Shown: positions 52,201-61,200 of the stretch, one piece after another
Position numbering within the stretch: the first letter of the stretch is position 1
Layout of the letters: the number at the start of each line of letters is the position of its first letter
NCBI GenBank assembly: GCA_905178155.1
Contig: CAJINV010000019.1
Span: forward strand, 1,248,493 to 1,312,492
Source of the DNA: Amoebophrya sp. A120
Lineage: Eukaryota > Protista > Dinoflagellata
Direction of reading: 5' to 3'
Length of the DNA stretch: 64,000 bases
Notes under the pieces: generated by a model
Told to the model about the DNA's origin: nothing
Database searches by the model: none
Seen by the model: only the letters and a program-made list of their open reading frames with translations
Position numbers and translations under genes: made by a program

Positions 52201-55200
52201 GAATGAAACACAGAACTATTTGTGTTGCCACACCTGCAAGACCTCGACTCTCTAGCGTTGTTTTCCCTTTGGAAGCGCGCATGGCAAATTTTCTGTGTCA
52301 TGTGTAACAAACTTGTGATGCAGATCTTGCAAGATCATCACAGTGAAACAGCTTTTTCGTGGGATAAGTCCGTTACCCGCGTAAATTCGGCGAACGGTCA
52401 TTGGGAGGCGTACAACGCGGAAGACCAGATTTGGGTAGACAAGGGGGAATCGTGGTACGCGCCGAGTCCGGGGTACAACTGCATGTTGTTACTCTCCTGG
52501 GTCCCGTTTTGGCTGTTCCTTTCCTGGTACTGCGCACACGTGTTTTCCGCCGGGGAAGGGAAGTCGTTGCCGTACTTTTTTCTCTTCTCGAAGTCCTATT
52601 GGTTTGGCGTGGACCACAAGAAGCTGCAGGAGCAGATTGCGGTCGATGACACGATCGGGAAACTGCAGTTAGAATCGAAGCAAACGAGCGGGATCCACTG
52701 TTTGAAGCTCGCCAAAGCGTACCAGCTGCAAACGGCCTTAAGGGAATTGACAATCGAGATGAAACGGAACGAGATTACGTGTTTACTGGGGCACAACGGC
52801 GCGGGGAAATCCACGTTGATCAACTTGTTAACCGGATTGCACCCCCCGACCCACGGCCACGCGTTCTTCGACGGATTATCAATCGTGGATGAGATCGCGA
52901 CGATCCAAAGGAAAATGGGGATCTGCCCCCAGGACCATATATTTTTCAGTGATTTAACCGGGAGACAGCACCTGAAATTCTGGATGATTTTTCGCGGGTA
53001 TCAAGAGAAGAAGGATCCTCTACTTCGTGATGCTGTAGTTGCCAAAGAAGAAGATACCGTCGCCGAAAAGGAGGGCGAAATCATCGGCAAAGAGAAGGAC
53101 AAGAAGAACGGGGGCACAAGATCAAGACAGAACACTATGGACGAAGAAGTCGAGAGGCTTTTGAAGGCGGTAAACCTCGATTGGGCGGCTGAGAAGTTAG
53201 TGAAGAACTACAGTGGCGGGATGCAGCGGAGACTTTGCGTCGCAATCGCCTCCATCGGGAATTCCACGGAGGTGATTTTCCTTGACGAACCTACCACTGG
53301 GTTAGACCCGGTGTCGAGACGGCAAATTTGGGATTTTATCCAGGAATTGAAGCGGGATAGAGTCGTGGTTTTAACCACCCACAGCATGGAGGAAGCCGAT
53401 TGTTTGGCCGATCAAATCGGGATTCTGTCCCAGGGGAGGCTGAAGTGTCTAGGGACGAGTCTTGCGTTGAAAAACAAGTACGGGTCAGGGTTTCGGTTGA
53501 CATTTTCGTTAGACTTGACGAAAGGTTCGGCCCGGGAAGTGCGGAAGTTCGTGACGGAGAGACTTCCCGGCGCGAAGGTTTTGGTGTCTGCCGGGACTAA
53601 TTTGACGATGGGGGTTATCCCACGAAAAAACTGTTTCACTGTGATGGTTTTGCAAGATCTGCATCACAAGTTTGTCACACATGACACAGAAAATTTGCCA
53701 TGCGCGTTTCCCAAGGGAAAATACGCTTGAAAATCCAATGTCTTGCAGGTGTAGCAAGACAAATAGTTCTGTGTTCCATTTTCTGCATTACAAGTTCACA
53801 GTGAGAAAATTTTTTTTTGCGATAGGGGTCCCACGGTCGTTGACTTCCATCATGCCGGACTTTCTGCACGCGATCGAGGAATTGGTCAAGGACAAAGAGA
53901 ATTCCATCATCATCGAACACGGGATTTCCAACTCCACTTTAGAAGAGGTGTTCATGAACATCACGCAAACGGTATCCTGAGTAAAAACGTACCCACACCA
54001 TAGTTGTCATGCAACTCTGCATGCTTAAAATGCTTCTCATGCGGAGCCCCATGAGAAGCATTTTCTAATGCGGTTTTGAAATTTGTCATGCTCCAATCAG
54101 CACGAGATACTAGATCTGTAATGCTGCTAAACTAGCTCAAACAGCACTACACTACGCGGACAAACTTGTCATGCCAAACAGCCAAAGCTGGCTGATTTGT
54201 CTAGCAGATTCCCCATCCTGACTCTGGTGTGGGTACGTTTTTACTCAGGATAGACGGAAACACCGAGCAATTTGTTCATCAACAACCAAGACGACGGGTT
54301 CGGGCAGGCGAAAATCTGCGTGTTGTGCTGCGCCAACGAAGCCATCGCGGTGACTGCGTTTACGAAGGAGGGGGTGCCGTTTTTGGTTGACGGGGTGATT
54401 TGCCGGTCTTGTGCCGAGGGGCTGCACGACCCGGAGAAGGTCAAGAAAGGGTTGATGAAGGCAGTACCGAATAACAGCTCGTTGCGAGGGCTCTTAGGAG
54501 GTGGATCAGCTTCGGGGACGAGTGGCAAGGCGGGTGATGCTGGGTTCTACAGTTTAGACGAACACGAAGGGCAAGAAAAAAATATTAAAACCGGTGAAGA
54601 ACAAACCGCTGGCGCGGAAACGAGCGGCGGAGGCGTTTTAACGGAAACGCAAATCGTACCGGATAATTACAACGTTTCTTCTGGTGTCGCCACGGAAGGC
54701 GCGCACAGTGCAAGTCGTTTTGAGGAGGCCGGGGAACATCAAGAGGTGTTTGTGACGCACGTTTGTGCCGCTGGTAGTGATCATGGGGACAATAGTTGCA
54801 ATTTCTATCGGGCACCTGTTGCAGTGTCGAAGGAGGTCGCTGGTGTCTTGTCGCGCAGAATCATCACAATGGAGCTGGCAGGGAGGAGTTGCAGATGCGC
54901 GACGACACCTCGCTCAGGCAACAACAGTCAAAACGGGTCAGTCACACCAGCCTTAGGGGTTTTCCGATCTTCTGAAAGAAGCTCCTGCTCTGAAGATGTT
55001 GAGAAATCTCCGACTTCTGCCTTGAGTCATCATGGAGTGCAACTCGACATTGCGGACGATTTTTCGTGGCTATCAGGAGACGAAGAGGAGCAAACGCCTG
55101 GCACTTCTTCCGCGTGGTCATACCGGCGGACGAAGGCGGCAAGAAGTACTTCTAGAACAAACTGCTCTACCAACAAGATTCAAATCGCCGAAACAACAAG

Positions 55201-58200
55201 CCCTTTCCACGACGACCTGAGAGAAGGGTCCCATCAAATGCAGCAACAGCAAGTCCAGCCTCCCGGTGGCGCGTTTCTGATGACAACCCCGACCGGGGAC
55301 CCACTTCTGAACGCCAGTGGCCAGCAGATTGTGGTGGACATGTACGGGAGACCCATTGATAAGGACGGAAACGTGATCGGGCCCAGCATCGTCCCTAACG
55401 CGCCACAACCGCCGGGGGGTGGTGGAGGTGGAAGTGTGGCCGCGCAGTCTGGCATGCAGCAACCCGCCGCGCAACCGGGAACAGCTTCGCAGCCGGCGTT
55501 TCAGACCCAGCAGTCGATGCAAGTTCCGGGAAGTACTATGGGGTTCAATCAGCAGCCCCACAACAAGAATTTTCCACAAACTTCCACCCAACATCAACTC
55601 TCCGGAACGGCGAAACCTTCTGATACGGCAACCTCCAACCTCCACCTCTACTTCCAGCAGTCCCTCGCGATTCTCCTCAAAAACGCGCAAATCCAGGCAA
55701 AGCAAAGGTACAGCAACTGTGCGCGGTTGTGCTGCGTGTTCTGCTGCACGTGTTGCGGTATTATTGTTGGGCTGTTACTTGCCGGCGCGATGACCGCGGC
55801 CGCTTCTACGAATCTTTTGCTCACCGAGTTTGATTTGGAGGAGAACAACGAGAACCGCGCAATCCCTTTGTCCGTCGCCGGGTACAATGGGCAGATCGAG
55901 CGGGAGTTAAATCTCCGCACCGGGACCCCAATCTACGGCCCAACGTCCGACATCCGACTCCCAACCGACCGCGACAAGATCTACATTGCGAATCGCACGG
56001 CGGACATTGATGCGGAGCCGGACATTTACTTTCGCTACCATTTCCGGGAGTTGAAGAAGAACTTGCTCATGAAATCCGTTGATTTACGGTTTCAAGACAT
56101 TGGGGCTGCGCAGACGAAGGTGAATTTCATATCCTGAGTAAAAATGTACCCACACCAGAGTCAAGATGGGAAATCCGCTAGACAAATCCGTAAGCTTTGG
56201 CTGTTTCGCATGACAAATTTGGACGCGTAGTGCAGTGCTGTTTGAGCTAGCTAAGCAGCATTACAGATCTAGTATCTCATGCTGATTGGCGCATTACAGA
56301 TTTCCAAATCGCATTAGAAAATGCTTCTCATGGGGCTCCGCATGAGAAACATTTTAAGCATGCAGAGTAGCATGACAACTATGGTGTGGGTACGTTTTTA
56401 CACAGGATATTTCAACTCCGTTGAACAGTTCCCCATGTACATGCTGTACCAGATATTACAGTGAAAAATGCCCCCATCCCGGAATTTGCAGAAGTTTGTC
56501 ATGCAAAGTTTCCAAACGAAAGCTTTTTGTCTTGCATCAAAGGATTGCGAGCGTTTCTGATGCAGAATGTGGGTGCGCAAGGTGCCTTGTGCATAACAGA
56601 CCCGGCTGCTGTTGGGCTGCTTCGCAACACAAATTTGACCTATTCAGCATGGAAATTCTGTGATGCTGAGATATGCAAGACGGGGAGTGTTTCCGTTGGA
56701 AAGGTTTGCAATACAAATGCTGCCAAGCTGGGGGTCGGGGCGTTTTTCATTGTAATACCAGATTGGGGAAGAACACGTGGCGAGTCTAGCAAGTATCAAT
56801 GCCGACAACACGCATCCACAGTTGCTGAAACGAACAGTTTATCCTGTGCAAAAGTACTACTGCTCGTACTAATTGCACGAGATATGCATGTTAAATCCAA
56901 CTTTCTACCTCAAATAGCATGACAAATTGAATTTTATTCTTGGGAAAATTTGTAATGCGTTTTATACTAGTGCGATACTTTTGCAATGCATACAGTTCCT
57001 TCCAGTTCAGATTTTGTCAACCTGTACACGACGAAAATTCCTTTGCTGGAGAAGTTCGGGTACCAGTTGAACTATATCAAATGCAAGTATGTCTGGGTCG
57101 GGAAGGATCCGAACTTGCGATGCGCATTTTCGAACACAGAAAAATCTCTCATGCATAGGTAGCAAAAGCTGCCCACTTTCTGTCACCAAAATAGGAGATT
57201 TCTCATGCGGGTTCGGCATTGCGGAAGCTTATCGAAAACTGTGATGCTAGAGCTTCCATGCCAGACCTTCTCTGTCATGCAAAAAGAGCATGACTCTTCC
57301 AGACCCAGATACTTTTACATTTGATAAACTACTGTCCGGCGCAGAATTTCCGGTTTTCGCACATCAACCCGAAAACCGATTTGGACGAGGAGAAGATGTG
57401 GAAGACGGTTCTGCTATCCTATGTAAAAACGTACCCACACCAGAGTTGTAATGCAGATTTGCAACGACAAAGACATTTGTGATGCGCATCCCCATGAGAG
57501 TCATTTCCAATCGTGTTTTGGAATTTGCGATGCTGTGAACAGGATCAGCAGTTCGATTTGTGATGCGGCTCTCCTTGCTAACTTGCACTACCTTACGGAC
57601 TGAAACTTGTCACGCGTGACTCCCAAAGCTCCTAGGTTTGTGTTGCAAAGTCCCCATCTTGACTCTGGTGTGGGTACGTTTTTACTCAGGATATCTGCTC
57701 GAATCCTACGGGGTGGACGAATCGCACTTGTACTACCACGGACCTTTATCTACCATCACGCATTCCAAGGCGCGGTTCCGGAATGAGGAAGCCGGGCGCG
57801 GTGTTCCCGGAGCCATCTGGGACTCGGGCTACGAGTACCACAATTTGTGCGGTTTGCAGACGCGAAGTTGCCAGTTTTCGAATTTTTCCTTCTCGAACAA
57901 TTACACGATTTCCGTGCCGGAGGGGTATGCAAGAAAAAAACTGTGTAAGTGTAAGCCTGTGATGCAGGAAATGCAAAAGTGTATCCGCTTGTCATGCTGG
58001 ATGTGCGTCATAGGCAACTTTCATGCGTGTTTCCACGTGCTAGCTGCGCATGACAGGTTTTTCCTGTAATGCAAAACGAACTTGTTTTTCATATTCATTT
58101 CCTACAAAGTTGCACTTACGCATTTTTTTTTCCTGGATAAGGGGCTATACGCAAGCAGTGCGTCGGTATCGGCTACGACTGACAACTCGTTTTTCAAAAC

Positions 58201-61200
58201 ATACACGCCAGTATGCGGAGGTGCCGGAAGTAGTTCATCTTCGGGGGGTGATTCGACAAGTCCTGTTCCGACAGTCATCCCGCAGCTGGGGAATTTGAAA
58301 TCCTGGCGGAAACGCTGGCAGTCGAGAAATCAAGTGTTACTAATGGAAAGGTACTCTGCTCAGGAGAGGAAGGAGATCTTGCAAATTTTGAACACCTTCT
58401 GCGGGGGCGCCATGCCGACGAGCGTAGTCCCATCGGGGGGCACCGCGGCGACGGCGGCGCAGAGTGAACAGTGCAGGAAGTTGGCGGAGAAGTACGCGAC
58501 GGTGAACTTGTGGTGGGAGAAAGGGACGAGTGGTGGAGGGGCAGGGATTACATCGTCGTCGTCTTCCTCAAATAAAGATTTCGACCTGTCCTGGCTTGGG
58601 ATTGCGGTGCAGAATGAAAATGGTATCACCGTGCAGCAGGACGGCAATACCAATACCTCTTACTGGTCGAATCAAGCGCGGTACACGACCATGGGGATCT
58701 CACTCTCCAATGTCGGCGATTTTTCGCAGGTAGATCCAGAGCTGCTGCAAACCACGCCTAGTACGGGGCAAGAAATAAACAAACCTCCTCTCACCGGCCT
58801 CCAGGGAAAATTCCAATACGCACAGAAGCTCTACCGCCTGCAGGCGCAGCCCGTATCAACTGCAAAAAAGTGTCTGGGCGGTCTGGAAGATTGCAACTTG
58901 TCATGCTTTTTGGGACACTAAAGAAATCTGTATTGCATGACCAGCATCAAGAAGGGTCCAGTTTGTGCTACACGGACAGGTCATTTCTCATGCGGAAGGT
59001 GCATCAGGAAGCCCTCTAAAAGTCTGTGATGCTAGGACATGCATTACAGGCATCATGGATCTTCTCCCAGACCCAGACATATTTGCAATGCATATCCCGA
59101 AACGAGTAACAAATGCTTGAAAACCTCCGACCCGGCGTCGCCCATCTACGGGCAAAACACCGACGTCGTGGCCTATGACGGCAACGAGGGATCGGCCCGG
59201 CGGGGCGGGCAAGGCGCGCGGCAGGAGTTCATCCGAATGGGCAACCCGCGATGGCACGGGTACGGGGATAAGCCCGATTACGTGTATTTGGAAAACTTCA
59301 CAGCGATGCCGTACGTGGGGGCGGAACAAGAAGAAAACAACAACTCATCTTCAATCGCAAGCACCTACGCGGCGGCGGCGGCGAACATCACGGGCCTTTT
59401 TTCCGACAAGCCCTTTCCCGACGTGGCGCTCACGGTCAACAAAGCGGACAAAGTCCAGGGCCAACTCGACGTGACCTTACACATCGCCGCGCGGGATTCC
59501 GCTTCGGACATAGCGCTCTTCCGGCGGAACATCGAAAACGCGCGGTGGAGCGAGCCGGACCCGGGTTACATTCCCTTCCTCTTATGGATTGTAAAAATGT
59601 CTGGGTCCTCTGGAAGGTTGGAACTTGTGATGCTAACTTTCCATACCTAGAAAATCTGTATTGCGTAACCAACAAAAGTCGCAGCCTCTTTTATCATGCA
59701 AAAACGCAGTTTCTTATGCGGATTGCCTATGAGAAAGCGTTTTGGGAAGTTGTCATGCCGGACTGCATTCGGAAGTGTTTTCATCATGCACATTTTAGCA
59801 TCACAAGTTTCCAGACCCAGACACTTTTACATTTGGCACCTCTCCTTCCTCGACGACTACACGGCGCAAGACTCTTTATACGACTACGTCTACGCCATGT
59901 TTGCCTGGTCTTCGGATGCGTTGTATCAAAGTGTGAAAAATCCCCCCACCCCATATCGAAACGGAAACTTCTGTTGCTGGATTTGTGTACACAAATCAAC
60001 CCTGTCTTGCAGTGAGGCACTACAAGCAACGCCTCAGCCTGCGTAGGGGTGTTTGGTTGTAGGCACTTAGCATGACAGAGGCCTGCAATGTACGTGAAAC
60101 AGCATTACAAATCGCCTCCATAAGGCTGCGAATTCTTTGGATTTGCCTTCTTGCAAGAGAGACAGGATTTGTGGTCACAAATCGACATCACAAATTTTTA
60201 GGCACATACGTCTTCAATATGGGGAGGGGGGATTTTTCCTCTCAATACGTTGCGAGCGGCGATTTCGGATCCGGCGGACAAAGTTTCCGGCAGCTGCCTA
60301 TGACCCGCTCAGACGTTACAATCTCAACTGTTACAATAGAATCTGGATTTTGTGATGCAAGAGGTGCATTATCTACCCAACTCGCATAGGTTTGCGCATG
60401 ACAAGTTCTGGAGTGCCAAACCGCACTAGAATCTTCCGAAATTTGTATTGCGAAAAGCGCAAAAATACTCTGCACGTTCCTCATGCTCTTCATGCAACAC
60501 AAATTCCAGATTCTATTGTAACGTTTGAGATTGTAACACCTGAGCAGGCTATACTGCCAGTTAGATTTTTTGACCCCCACGTCAGTGATGCAGGTTCACA
60601 CGCTGGTTTCCGCGTTTGCGAACGGGATAAGACTGAACCTCGGCTTTCCCCCCGTCGAGTCGGATGTTCTGTCCCATTTGCCGTATTTATTCTTCAGTAG
60701 CCAGGAAGTCTTATCCCCCGACGCCGGGATGCAGACGCTGGCCTTGCCGATTCTCTCCTTACTGTGGTTCCCGGTGATCACAACAAGCTTCGGGTACGAA
60801 AAAAGATTCGGGCTACTGGAGATGATGCGGATCCAAAGTTTATCCACGACGATCTACTGGCTAACCAACTACGTCTGGTTCTTCATTCTGTACTTCTCCA
60901 TCATCGGCTCCTACCTAGCTTTGTTCTACGCCGTCGCCTCCGACAACTACGATATTGGCCAGCTTTTCTTCATCCACTTTCTCTGGGGCCACTGCCAGAT
61001 CGGGCTGTCTCTACTGTGCGCCGCAGCGTTCTACAAATCGGAGTCTTTGACCGCGGTGACGTACTTCTGGATGTCCATCGCCTACCTGTCCGCCGGCCCT
61101 TTGCTAGAAGCCGCAACGATCGACGGCGGCCCGATGCCGTGGGCCCTGATTGTGTGGGGACCGACGAATTACGGCAGGAGTTTGGTGCTGGCGTTAAAGT

